A DNA stretch of 38,036 nt from Chthoniobacteraceae bacterium (GTDB lineage: Bacteria > Verrucomicrobiota > Verrucomicrobiia > Chthoniobacterales > Chthoniobacteraceae), in the NCBI GenBank assembly GCA_037190965.1, contig JBBCKI010000009.1, positions 1 to 38,036 on the forward strand, written 5' to 3'. Both the position numbers and the translations under genes were made by a program. Below are positions 8,856-18,024 of the stretch, one piece after another (position 1 is the first letter of the stretch; the number at the start of each line of letters is the position of its first letter). Below the pieces are notes generated by a model. It saw only the letters and a list, made by a program, of their open reading frames with translations. It did no database searches and had not been told where the DNA came from.

Positions 8856-8928
8856 AGTTTCCTTTCGATGAGGGAGTATGTGCAGCGGATGTTTCCCCCT
8901 CCGCGCGGGTCGTTCCGGGGAAAGGTTC

Positions 8929-9459
8929 CTATTGCTGGCTCTGTTGTGACCTTCCGCGCAGCCACTTTGCGGCGATCATCCCCAGGGCTCCCAGAACGAC
9001 CGGGTTGCCGAGCGCTTTCAGATACCAAGGCTTTTCAGCCACCACTTGCTGCATCGCCTCGGGATGCTCGTGCCGGGTGTAGTTGGCCAGCCGCGCGTAA
9101 TCATCGGGCGCCATTTGTTGCGGGTCGGTCTGATTCATTCCGAGGTTTTGAGCCACGGAGTCGAGGTTGACGCCGCTCGATTTGAGGGCGCCGAGAAGGC
9201 TGGCTACGAGTCCCTGCTGCTGTTGCGGTTCCAGTTGGGAATAGGATTGGCTGGCCGCCTGTTGGAACTGGTCGTCGGGCAGTTTTCCCAGGTATTCCGC
9301 CGCCCCTTGGTGGAGTTCATCCTGGTTGAAATCCTGATCCTCGGGTTTTCTCGAAACAAACTTCTCGTAATACTGCTGAGCCTGTCTCGAGCGTTCGTCA
9401 TCGTCTTCTCCGCCGCCACCGCCGAATCGCCGGATGAAGTCGTCAATCGTCTCTCCCAT
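8929..9459 (-). CDS. Hypothetical helical Gln/Asp-rich protein with a C-terminal hydrophobic helix
   Basis: 176-aa ORF with GGAGG RBS; ends LGNPVVLGALGMIAAKWLR. Confidence 0.8.
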   Translation of the reverse strand: MGETIDDFIRRFGGGGGEDDDERSRQAQQYYEKFVSRKPEDQDFNQDELHQGAAEYLGKLPDDQFQQAASQSYSQLEPQQQQGLVASLLGALKSSGVNLDSVAQNLGMNQTDPQQMAPDDYARLANYTRHEHPEAMQQVVAEKPWYLKALGNPVVLGALGMIAAKWLRGRSQQSQQ

Positions 9460-9478
9460 AATCCAACCTCCTCTAAAT

Positions 9479-9928
9479 TTACATTCTTCGGGCGGGCTTG
9501 TAGGTCATATCCCGCGTACTGGCGTTCAGATGCGCGGTGCCCACCTTGATGGGGGGATGGGTGGGGGCATACGCGACGATGGTCAGGTCTCGGCCGGGGA
9601 ATTCGCGGGCCATCTGGGCCAGCATCGTCTTCATGAGCGCCGGGACGGAGCTCATCGGGACGCTGCGGCTCAAAACCAGCCCCAGTTCGTTTTCGCGATT
9701 GAATACCGCCTTTTCAATCGTCTTCCGGTTGGGATCGGCGCTCCGAAGGCGGGCGAGGAACGCCGCCTGGTGTTGGCTCTGGGAGAGTTGGGCCGTCCCC
9801 GGGGCACGGGCCGGAGTACGCTCCCCCGTCAGAATTTCGCGCAAACTGCGGGCGTAGCCCGATTCGGGCACGAGTAGCAACCCCGCCATCATAATCGGGA
9901 GATGCCATCGAAAATATTGAGAGACCAT
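9479..9928 (-). CDS. Hypothetical exported protein (start uncertain)
   Basis: Signal-like N-terminus (MVSQYFRWHLPIMMAGLLLVPESGYA); co-oriented with and 19 bp from the next gene. Confidence 0.6.
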   Translation of the reverse strand: MVSQYFRWHLPIMMAGLLLVPESGYARSLREILTGERTPARAPGTAQLSQSQHQAAFLARLRSADPNRKTIEKAVFNRENELGLVLSRSVPMSSVPALMKTMLAQMAREFPGRDLTIVAYAPTHPPIKVGTAHLNASTRDMTYKPARRM

Positions 9929-10084
9929 ACCAAAAGATTTTCGGACGACGCGGGCGGAGTGATCGTCCGTTGACGGCGAGAACGGGGTTTTTGCAACTTT
10001 CGTTTCATGCATCCCAGGGGTGGATTTAGGGTGCATTTTCGAGTTTTCAAACCTGCCCTCGGAGACGTATGCTCTCCCTTTCCC

Positions 10085-11122
10085 ATGAATCTCGTCAAAG
10101 TAGCGATCGTCGGCGCTTCAGGCTATTCCGGCCAGGAGCTGATCCGCATCCTGATGCGGCACCCAGGTGTTGAACTGGCCTGCGTGACTTCGCGTCAGTA
10201 CGCCGGCCGTTCGATTGCCGAGATTTATCCCCGTTTTGCAGGCTACCGGTTTTCCGACGTAAAATTCTCGGAATCCGACGCCGCCGCCGTGGCTGCCACC
10301 GGCGCAACCGTCGCCTTTCTCGCCCTGCCGCACGGCCTCGCGCATGAGTACGCCGCACCGCTGCTGGAGGCGGGGCTGCGGGTGATCGACCTGAGCGCCG
10401 ATTTCCGCCTGAAGGACGCCGCCGTTTTCGCGGAGTTCTATCATGGGGCGCATCCTGCTCCCGGTCTTCTCTCCCGGAGCGTTTATGGATTGCCCGAGGT
10501 TTACCGCGACGCCATCCGGAGTGCGGATCTCGTTGCCTCCCCGGGTTGTTACCCCACCAGTATCATCCTGCCCCTGATCCCGTTGCTCAGGCGCAAGCTC
10601 GTCGATCCGGCCAGCATCGCCGTGGCCAGCATGAGCGGCGTGAGCGGCGCGGGGCGTAAGGCCGAGATAGACTACCTTTTCTGCGAATGCAACGAAAGCG
10701 CCCGCGCTTACGGGCTGCCCAAACACCGGCATCTCTCGGAGATTGAACAGGAGTTGAGCGTCGCCGCCGGACAACCGGTCGTCATCAGCTTCACGCCGCA
10801 CCTCATCCCCGTGAACCGGGGGATCGTTTCCACCATCTACGCCACCCTCGCGTCGGGCGTGGAAGCAGCGGAGCTTGGGGCGGCCCTGAGCTCGGCGTAC
10901 AAAGACGAACCGTTCGTCCGTCTCGTGGGAGAGAAGGGCTCCGCCGACATCAAGAACGTCGCCCACACCAATTTCATCGACATCGCCTGGCGGCATGACC
11001 CGCGCACCAATCGCGTCATCCTGATGAGCGTGGAGGACAACGTGGTGAAGGGTGCCTCCGGCCAGGCCGTCCAGAGCTTCAACCTGATGTGCGGTTTTGA
11101 AGAAACGCTCGCTCTGCTCTGA
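10085..11122 (+). CDS. argC: N-acetyl-gamma-glutamyl-phosphate reductase
   Basis: VAIVGASGYSGQEL, ALPHG, DLSADFR, PGCYPT, SGVSGAG, DNVVKGASGQAVQ motifs. Confidence 0.97.
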   Translation: MNLVKVAIVGASGYSGQELIRILMRHPGVELACVTSRQYAGRSIAEIYPRFAGYRFSDVKFSESDAAAVAATGATVAFLALPHGLAHEYAAPLLEAGLRVIDLSADFRLKDAAVFAEFYHGAHPAPGLLSRSVYGLPEVYRDAIRSADLVASPGCYPTSIILPLIPLLRRKLVDPASIAVASMSGVSGAGRKAEIDYLFCECNESARAYGLPKHRHLSEIEQELSVAAGQPVVISFTPHLIPVNRGIVSTIYATLASGVEAAELGAALSSAYKDEPFVRLVGEKGSADIKNVAHTNFIDIAWRHDPRTNRVILMSVEDNVVKGASGQAVQSFNLMCGFEETLALL

Positions 11123-11186
11123 GCCGCGCCTGCTTTTCTTCGTCGCCTAGGGATCCGATCCGAATTTTCGAATTTTTACAGAAACC

Positions 11187-12407
11187 ATGCCCAACTCCTT
11201 TGTCGAAATCTGCGGCGGTGTGACCGCCCCGAAGTCGTTCCTGGCCGGCAGCGTCTTTGCCGGAATCAAAGCCACCAATACCTCCAGGCCCGACATCGCT
11301 TTCGTTCACTCCACGCTTCCCGCCCTGGGCGCAGGCACTTTTACCACCAATAAAGTGAAGGCCGCCCCGGTGCGTGTTTCCCAGGCGCATATCCGGTCCA
11401 AGGACATCCGCACCATCGTCGCCAATAGCGGTAACGCCAACGCCTGCACCGGTGTGGTCGGGATCGAGCACGCCAAGCGGATGGCCAAGGCCACCGCAAA
11501 GGCGCTCGGCTCGAAGGAGAGGAATGTCCTCGTTTGCTCCACCGGGCGCATCGGTGTGCCGATGCCCATGGAGAAGATCGAGGAGGCCATTAGCCGCTGC
11601 TCCGAGTCCCTTAGCGACACCGACAACGGCAGCCGTCAGGCTGCCGAGGCGATCATGACGAGCGATACCTTCCCGAAGGAAGCCGCCGTGGAGTTCGAGA
11701 TTTACGGCCAGCAGGTCCGCATCGGCGGCATTGCCAAGGGGGCGGGGATGATCGATCCCAATATGGCGACGATGCTCTCGTTCGTCACCACCGACGCGGT
11801 CATCGACAAAAAGCTTCTTCAGCAGGCGCTTTCCGACGCCGTGGAGCAGTCGTTCAACCGCATCACCGTGGATGGCGACATGAGTACCAATGACACCGTG
11901 CTCATGCTGGCCAACGGCGCGGCGGGCAACCAGCCCCTGCGCGACGGCGACCCGGAGTTCGACCGTTTCCAGAACGCCCTCAACCACGTCGTTTGCGCGC
12001 TCGCCAGGATGATCGTCGAGGACGGCGAGGGAGTGACGAAGTTTGTCACCGTGCAGGTCCGCGGCGCAAAGAACCGGCAGGATGCCCGCAAGGCCGCCGA
12101 GGCGGTCGCCAACTCCACGCTCACCAAATGTGCATGGTTCGGCGGGGATCCGAACTGGGGCCGCATCATGGACGCCATCGGTTACTCCAACGCGCGGATG
12201 CGCGAAGAGATGGTCGATATTTATTACGATGGCCTGATCGCGGTCCAAAATGGCATCGCCGCGCCAACCCCCTTTTCAAAGCTGAAGGAAGTCGTTGCCC
12301 ACAAGCGCTTTACCATCACGGTGGATCTTCACCTGGGCGAGGCGGATTACACCGTGTTCACCACGGATCTATCGACCAGTTACGTCGAGTTGAACATGGG
12401 TGAGTAA
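11187..12407 (+). CDS. argJ: Ornithine acetyltransferase / N-acetylglutamate synthase
   Basis: NSGNANACTG, STGRIG, KGAGMIDPNMATML (autocleavage Thr), DGDMSTND, DGEGVTK, DPNWGRI. Confidence 0.97.
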   Translation: MPNSFVEICGGVTAPKSFLAGSVFAGIKATNTSRPDIAFVHSTLPALGAGTFTTNKVKAAPVRVSQAHIRSKDIRTIVANSGNANACTGVVGIEHAKRMAKATAKALGSKERNVLVCSTGRIGVPMPMEKIEEAISRCSESLSDTDNGSRQAAEAIMTSDTFPKEAAVEFEIYGQQVRIGGIAKGAGMIDPNMATMLSFVTTDAVIDKKLLQQALSDAVEQSFNRITVDGDMSTNDTVLMLANGAAGNQPLRDGDPEFDRFQNALNHVVCALARMIVEDGEGVTKFVTVQVRGAKNRQDARKAAEAVANSTLTKCAWFGGDPNWGRIMDAIGYSNARMREEMVDIYYDGLIAVQNGIAAPTPFSKLKEVVAHKRFTITVDLHLGEADYTVFTTDLSTSYVELNMGE

Positions 12408-12502
12408 TCGCCAGCGCGCCGTCCAAGTGTTTTAAGATTGCGCAATTGTCCGTTGCGCTCTCCAATCTCCTTTTTCCGCAGATAACGCCATTCCAATCCT
12501 CA

Positions 12503-13384
12503 ATGTCTCAACAAGGCTCACATATCGCCCGCGCTGAAGCGCTGATCGAAGCTCTTCCGTTTATCCAGAAATACCGGGGCCAACTGTTTGTCATCAAATA
12601 CGGCGGCAGCGCCATGGAAGACGAGCACACCGTCGACCGGCTTCTGCGCGACGTCGTGTTTCTCGAAGCGGTCGGGATCAACCCGGTGCTGATTCACGGC
12701 GGAGGTAAGGCCATCTCCACGCGGATGCGCGAGGCGGGCCTGAAGACCCGTTTCGTCAATGGTCTCCGCGTTACGTGTGCGGAGTCGATCAAGATTGTCG
12801 AAGAGGTTCTCGACGGCGTGCTCAACCCCGGCATCGTCTCGACGATCAACGAATTCGGCGGGCGGGCCGCAGGGCTTTCCGGCAAGGAGGTCTTCAAAGC
12901 GAAAAAGCTGCCGCTTCAACGCGACGAGAAGCGGGAGGAAGTCGATCTCGGTTTCGTGGGCGAAGTCGACGGTCTTTCCGTGGATCAGATCAAGAAGTGG
13001 ATCTCCGAAGAAACCGTGCCGGTCATTTCGCCCATTGGCCGCGCGGAGAATGGCGATATCCTCAACATCAATGCTGACACCGCCGCAGGGGCCATTGCCT
13101 GCGCCCTCGGCGCGTCGAAGCTGATTTACCTGAGCGACGTGCTCGGCATCATGCGCGATCCCCGGCAGCCCGACTCGCTCATCCCCACCTTGCAGATCGA
13201 GGGGGTGAACCGGCTCATCGCGGAGGAAATCATCGAAGGGGGGATGATCCCCAAGGTGGAATCCGCCATCAATGCCATCAAAAGCGGCGTGAAAAAGGTC
13301 CACATGATTGACGGGCGTATCGCTCACTCGCTGCTTCTGGAAATCTTCACCAACTCGGGCGTCGGCACCGAGATTGTTGCCTAA
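12503..13384 (+). CDS. argB: Acetylglutamate kinase
   Basis: IKYGGSAM, HGGGK, GLRVT, NINADTAA, GGMIPKV, DGRIAHSLLLEIFT. Confidence 0.97.
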   Translation: MSQQGSHIARAEALIEALPFIQKYRGQLFVIKYGGSAMEDEHTVDRLLRDVVFLEAVGINPVLIHGGGKAISTRMREAGLKTRFVNGLRVTCAESIKIVEEVLDGVLNPGIVSTINEFGGRAAGLSGKEVFKAKKLPLQRDEKREEVDLGFVGEVDGLSVDQIKKWISEETVPVISPIGRAENGDILNINADTAAGAIACALGASKLIYLSDVLGIMRDPRQPDSLIPTLQIEGVNRLIAEEIIEGGMIPKVESAINAIKSGVKKVHMIDGRIAHSLLLEIFTNSGVGTEIVA

Positions 13385-13420
13385 AGCCCCGCCGCCTCGC
13401 CTCTTCCTGTTTTCGCTGTC

Positions 13421-14719
13421 ATGGATACCGTAGAGCTTTTCGACCGTTACGTCGTCCCCACCTATGGCCGTTTTCCCATCACCCTGGAACGGGGCGAGGG
13501 GTGCCGCGTCTGGGATGACAAGGGGAGGGAATATCTCGATTTTGGAGCCGGCATCGCCGTCTGCTCCGTCGGGCATAGTCATCCCCGGGTCGCGGAAGCG
13601 CTCTATCAGCAGGCGCGCACGCTCGTTCACACTTCAAACCTTTACTACACGCGGAATCAGGGGCTGCTCGCAAAACGGCTCGTCGAAGCCACTGGCCAGC
13701 CCGGCAAGGTATTCTTCGCCAACTCCGGCGCGGAGGCCAATGACGGCCTCTACAAGCTCGCCCGCAAGTACGGCAACGAAGCGCGCTCGCCGCTCCCCCG
13801 GCATAACACCGGCGAGCCGATCGAGTATGCGCCGCACCGGTACGAAATTTTGACCTTCGACGGCTCCTTCCACGGCCGCACGCTGGCCGGCATCGCCGCC
13901 ACCGGGCAGGAGAAAGTGAAGAAAGGGTTCGACCCGCTCACTCCCGGTTTCCGGCATGTCCCTTTCAACGACGCACCGGAGTTGATCTCCGCGATCTCTC
14001 CGCAGACCGTCGCCATTCTTCTGGAGCCGATCCAGGGCGAGATTGGCGTCCGGCCCGCAACGATGGAGTTCTTGAAAACGCTTCGTTCGATCTGCGACGA
14101 CCACGGTCTTCTGCTGATGTTCGATGAAATCCAGTGCGGCCTCGGGCGGACGGGCGATTGGTGCGCCTGGCATACGCTTGCGGGCGAGGGGGTGATCCCC
14201 GACGCGATCAGCTGGGCCAAAGGGATCGCGGGCGGCTATCCGCTCGGCGCGTTTTGGGTTCGCGACCGGCCAATTTCGCTCAAGGACAATCGCGAGATCA
14301 GCCTCGCCGACCTACTTGGGCCCGGCTCCCACGGTTCCACCTACGGCGGCACGCCGCTTGCCTGCGCCGTCGGCAACGAAGTGCTTGCCATCGTCGAGGA
14401 AGAGAAACTCCTCGATAACGCCCGGGAACTTGGGTGTTACGTCAAGGAAGCCCTCCAGGGGATAAACTCTCCGCTCATCAAGGAGGTACGGGGCGTCGGC
14501 CTCATGATCGGGTTCGAATTGGTCGCTGACTATGCGGAGCGCACCGGCCATTGCGCCGACGGCCGCTCGCCCTCCCTTGCGCTCATCGCTCGCCTTCACG
14601 AACGGGGGCTCCTCAGTGTTCCCAGCGGCACGCATGCGATCCGCTGGCTCCCGCCACTCAACGTCACCCGGGCGGAGATCGACCGTGCCATCGAGATCCT
14701 CCGCCAAACACTAGCTTAA
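13421..14719 (+). CDS. argD: Acetylornithine aminotransferase (class III PLP enzyme)
   Basis: NSGAEAN, SFHGRT, EPIQGE, DEIQCGLGRTG, AKGIAGG, HGSTYGG; position in the arg operon. Confidence 0.94.
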   Translation: MDTVELFDRYVVPTYGRFPITLERGEGCRVWDDKGREYLDFGAGIAVCSVGHSHPRVAEALYQQARTLVHTSNLYYTRNQGLLAKRLVEATGQPGKVFFANSGAEANDGLYKLARKYGNEARSPLPRHNTGEPIEYAPHRYEILTFDGSFHGRTLAGIAATGQEKVKKGFDPLTPGFRHVPFNDAPELISAISPQTVAILLEPIQGEIGVRPATMEFLKTLRSICDDHGLLLMFDEIQCGLGRTGDWCAWHTLAGEGVIPDAISWAKGIAGGYPLGAFWVRDRPISLKDNREISLADLLGPGSHGSTYGGTPLACAVGNEVLAIVEEEKLLDNARELGCYVKEALQGINSPLIKEVRGVGLMIGFELVADYAERTGHCADGRSPSLALIARLHERGLLSVPSGTHAIRWLPPLNVTRAEIDRAIEILRQTLA

Positions 14720-14738
14720 CCTCTTAATCATCTCTCTC

Positions 14739-15641
14739 ATGAAGCACTTGCTTTCCATCGAGTCGCTCTCCGCAGCGGATATCACCGAAATCCTCGCGTT
14801 GACCAAGAAGCTCAAGGCCGAGCGAGGGCATCATTCGGAACAGCCGCTGAAGGGCCAATGCTGGGGGATGATTTTCAGTAAGTCGTCCACTCGCACCCGC
14901 GTCAGCTTCGAGGTCGGGATCCGCGAGCTCGGCGGTGATGTGCTTTTCCTCAACGCCAACGATATTCAACTCGGGCGTGGAGAACCGATCAAGGATACCG
15001 CTCGCGTCATGGGCCGGATGCTGCACGGAGCGGTCATCCGCACCTACGCCCAGAGCGATGTCGAAGACTTTGCGAAATACGGCAAAATTCCCACCGTCAA
15101 TGCCCTGACCGACGAAGAGCACCCGTGCCAGATTCTCGCCGATCTTTTCACCATCGAAGAGCGGCTTGGAACGTGGAAGGGGAAGACCGTCACCTTCGTC
15201 GGCGACGGCGCGTGTAACGTCCCCATCTCGTGGATCTGGGCCGCCGCCCGGCTTGATTTCAAGCTGCGTGTCGCCGCGCCGAAGGCCTTCCAGCCTTCGC
15301 CGGAACTCCTTGCCCGCGTCAACAGCCCCAATGTCACCGTGACTGACGACATCAAAGCCGCCGCGACCGGTGCCGATGTTCTCTATACCGATGTCTGGGT
15401 CAGCATGGGAATGGAGCGCGAAGCGGAATACCGGATCGCCCAGCTCAGCGGGTATCAGATCAACGCCGACCTTCTCAAACTGGCCGCCCCCGGCGCTCTC
15501 GTCATGCACTGTCTCCCCGCTTATCGCGGTAAGGAGATCACCGACGAGATGGTCGAGGCCCACGCCGACACGATCTTCACGGAGGCCGAAAATCGGCTTC
15601 ATGTCCAAAAGGCGGTGCTCTCCTGGCTTCTGGCCAAGTAG
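14739..15641 (+). CDS. argF: Ornithine carbamoyltransferase
   Basis: SSTRTRVSFE, HPCQILAD, DVWVSMG, HCLP, AENRLHVQKA. Confidence 0.97.
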   Translation: MKHLLSIESLSAADITEILALTKKLKAERGHHSEQPLKGQCWGMIFSKSSTRTRVSFEVGIRELGGDVLFLNANDIQLGRGEPIKDTARVMGRMLHGAVIRTYAQSDVEDFAKYGKIPTVNALTDEEHPCQILADLFTIEERLGTWKGKTVTFVGDGACNVPISWIWAAARLDFKLRVAAPKAFQPSPELLARVNSPNVTVTDDIKAAATGADVLYTDVWVSMGMEREAEYRIAQLSGYQINADLLKLAAPGALVMHCLPAYRGKEITDEMVEAHADTIFTEAENRLHVQKAVLSWLLAK

Positions 15642-15679
15642 GGGCGTTTTGGCGGGAAGAACGGAATAAGGCGTTCGTT

Positions 15680-15712
15680 GCGGCGTCGCAGACGGCGATT
15701 GCCAATCCCTCC
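15680..15712. repeat. Degenerate family-B REP upstream of RAYT (B0)
   Basis: GCGGCGTCGCAGA...CCCTCC matches both ends of the family-B REP with a diverged middle. Confidence 0.5.
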
Positions 15713-15734
15713 ATCGCTAGGTAATACAACCGTC

Positions 15735-16213
15735 ATGGCCGGGTTCCGAGATCTCCCGTCGCGGCAAAAGTTGGTGCACCTCGAATCGCTGGGTGGTTTC
15801 AATCGGCCAATCGTTCAGTTCCTCACGGTCTGCGTGATGCATCGCCGGCCAATTCTTGCGGACCCTGAGATTGCCGATCTTCTTGTCGAGGCCTGGAAAA
15901 AGGCGGATCGCTGGCTGGTTGGACGATATGTCATCATGCCGGATCATCTTCACTTTATATGCGCTCCGGCAGACCTAAATCCATTCCCATTGGCAAAATG
16001 GATGGCCTATTGGCGAAACGAGGTTACCCGGCGTTGGCGGCGGCCTTCTGAGAAGCCGATCTGGCAGCGGGATTGGTTTGACCGGCAGCTTCGTACCGGA
16101 GAAAGCTACGATCAAAAGTGGGCTTATTTTCGTGAAAATCCGGTTCGGGCCGGATTGGTGCGGGATGCTTCGGAGTGAGATATCAGGGGGAAATGAACGA
16201 GATTAGGTGGTAG
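15735..16213 (+). pseudogene. REP-associated tyrosine transposase (RAYT, Y1/HUH family) with an apparent 1-bp deletion near the C-terminus
   Basis: FLTVC, VIMPDHLH (HUH), IWQRDWFDR, catalytic YFRENPVRAGLV. TGA at 16176; restoring one G (GAG TG[G] AGA TAT) gives the expected tail EWRYQGEMNEIRW* ending at 16213. Flanked by family-B REPs. Confidence 0.85.
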
Positions 16214-16222
16214 CAACCGAAA

Positions 16223-16308
16223 GCGGCGTCGCAGAGCTCCGCCCTCCGTCGGAAGCGATGCGCGACGGAGAATCCTATCCAGCGGAGGGCGGAGTTCCGC
16301 GCCGCCGC
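16223..16308. repeat. REPIN family B, copy B1 (inverted REP doublet directly after RAYT)
   Basis: GCGGCGTCGCAGAGCTCCGCCCTCCG ... CGGAGGGCGGAGTTCCGCGCCGCCGC. Confidence 0.88.
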
Positions 16309-16322
16309 CCTTGACGCCGCCG

Positions 16323-16721
16323 CTACGAAAACTGCTTAACGAGCACCAACTCCGTGCCCGAGCTTTTGAGCCGGTAATCGACCCGGTCGAAAGCCCTTCG
16401 CATGATGTGCAGGCCGAGCCCGCCGGGCTCGATGTTGTCGATCGGGCGCGGGGTTAGCTTCTCCGGGGCGGTTTGGTTTCCGAAGTCCCGCAGTTTGAAA
16501 CGCACTCCCTTGCGGAGCTGCTCGCAGCAAAGGATGATCGGGTGGGGATCCATCTGCCGGTAGGCGTGGCGGATGATATTGCTGCAAGCCTCGTCCACCC
16601 CGAGAACCAGCAACTCCGCGTCGCATTCCGTCAGTGACGTGCAGCCCAGAAACTGGCGTACGAAAGCGCGCACCGTTGCTAAATTTTCCGAACGACTGGA
16701 AAACTCAAGGGTCTGTTTCAT
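16323..16721 (-). CDS. Anti-sigma factor / Ser kinase, RsbW-like HATPase_c_2
   Basis: SENLATVRAFV, LGVDEACSNIIRHAY, LRDFG, GGLGLHIMRRAFD. Confidence 0.88.
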   Translation of the reverse strand: MKQTLEFSSRSENLATVRAFVRQFLGCTSLTECDAELLVLGVDEACSNIIRHAYRQMDPHPIILCCEQLRKGVRFKLRDFGNQTAPEKLTPRPIDNIEPGGLGLHIMRRAFDRVDYRLKSSGTELVLVKQFS

Positions 16722-16787
16722 GGGCTGGTGAGCGCGACGGCTTCCGCATTTTCTGGGGGAATGGGGCATCAGTATAGAACAAATATG

Positions 16788-16865
16788 CCAGTTTCTCTAG
16801 AAAACTGGAATCCCGTTTGTAATTTTAACCTGAATTCCGAAGTTGCTCGCGTCGGAATTCAGGTT
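16788..16865. promoter_or_regulatory. Two inverted repeats in a divergent promoter region
   Basis: Near-palindrome CCAGTTTCTCTAGAAAACTGG (16788-16808); perfect 14-bp IR AACCTGAATTCCGA-N11-TCGGAATTCAGGTT (16827-16865). Confidence 0.5.
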
Positions 16866-16916
16866 CAGGCAAATTTCCTCTGGAAAAAATCACCATCGAG
16901 GCGCATCGTTTTCTCC

Positions 16917-17657
16917 ATGAAACTCGCCCCTCTCTTCGGCTTGTTGCTTCTCCCCTTGTCGGCATTCGGGCAAGATACCGCGTATCAGGCGCTTCGAGCC
17001 CTCAGCGCGGCGCGTGACCAAGCGGTTCTCAAGAGCGTGATCGAGGTCAAAGGCCGCAGCGGAACACCTCAGCCCGAAAACTGGATCATCGTGATCGACG
17101 ACCCAAGGGCGCGGGGAGGCGTGCGGGAAATTGAAGTCTCCCGCGGGAAGGTGATCTCCGAGCGCACCCCGGTCAAAGCCTACAGCGGGATTTCCGTCGG
17201 TGTTTCAATGGATTTTCAGAAGCTTAATCTCGACTCCCAAGGCGCTTTTACTCTGGCCGAGGAGGAAGCTCAGAAGGCGAGAGTCAGCTTTGATTCAGTC
17301 GATTATCTTCTGCGTCGGGACGATACAAACGGCGCACCGCTTTGGGTTTTGCAGCTTCTCGATTCTTCCCAGCGGGGTGTCGGCACTCTGAAGATCGCCG
17401 CCGACAATGGGAATGTGCTTTCCAGGGATTTCAAGCCGCTTGTCACCTCCGAGCGCACCCCCGAGCGTGAAGGAGAAGTCCGGAAAAGAAGGGGCGCCGA
17501 TCGTGAACGGCGTGAGTACGTAGAAGATGAACGCCCCACCCGAAGCCGAAAGCATATTGGCTACCGGATTGACCGTCGGATTCACCGCATCGGCGGGGCT
17601 TTGCAGGAATTTTTCACCGGCAGGCGGACGGTTGATCGCCGCTTTCAGGACGAATGA
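16917..17657 (+). CDS. Secreted hypothetical protein, possibly PepSY-like, with a basic C-terminal tail
   Basis: Signal peptide MKLAPLFGLLLLPLSAFG; LDSQGAFTLA...W.LQL...LKIAADNGNVL resembles PepSY; ATGA overlap with the next gene. Confidence 0.75.
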   Translation: MKLAPLFGLLLLPLSAFGQDTAYQALRALSAARDQAVLKSVIEVKGRSGTPQPENWIIVIDDPRARGGVREIEVSRGKVISERTPVKAYSGISVGVSMDFQKLNLDSQGAFTLAEEEAQKARVSFDSVDYLLRRDDTNGAPLWVLQLLDSSQRGVGTLKIAADNGNVLSRDFKPLVTSERTPEREGEVRKRRGADRERREYVEDERPTRSRKHIGYRIDRRIHRIGGALQEFFTGRRTVDRRFQDE

Positions 17658-17965
17658 TTGAAATTCCCCCGGAGGCAGCCGCCTCCGCGCGATTGGCATT
17701 CTCTCTATTCGGCGCGGGGGGTGTCCTGCTGGCGTTGGAGATCTTTTTTGCAAACCGGGTCTTCCTGATCTTCGGAGGGTTGTGCATTTTTGTCTCCGCC
17801 GCGCTGGCGTTTGCCAAAATCGGTATCGAAGTGGGGAGTCTGTTGTTGCTGGGGGGAACCACGCTCGTGAGCCTGGGGTTTCTCATCACGCTCGCATTTT
17901 TCCCGAATTCGCCCCTGGCGAGGCGTTATTTGCCCCGAGTTCCGGAGATTCCTCCCGAGGAGTGA
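17654..17965 (+). CDS. Short NfeD-like membrane protein
   Basis: GGVLLALEIFF...LIFGGLCIF...FFPNSPLARR resembles the NfeD membrane segment; directly upstream of floA. Confidence 0.6.
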   Translation: MIEIPPEAAASARLAFSLFGAGGVLLALEIFFANRVFLIFGGLCIFVSAALAFAKIGIEVGSLLLLGGTTLVSLGFLITLAFFPNSPLARRYLPRVPEIPPEE

Positions 17966-18024
17966 CAGGGCCGCAGGCGTGATAGCCTTGCGCCCCTCGC
18001 AAAATCGTCCTAGGATGAGCCGGT

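Noticed and set aside
10010..10084. ARG boxes upstream of argC
   Set aside because: No tandem TGAAT-N4-ATTCA-like boxes are visible.
16176..16178. TGA in RAYT as readthrough or selenocysteine
   Set aside because: The in-frame continuation (DIRGK*) is meaningless. The conserved tail is in another frame, which indicates a 1-bp deletion.
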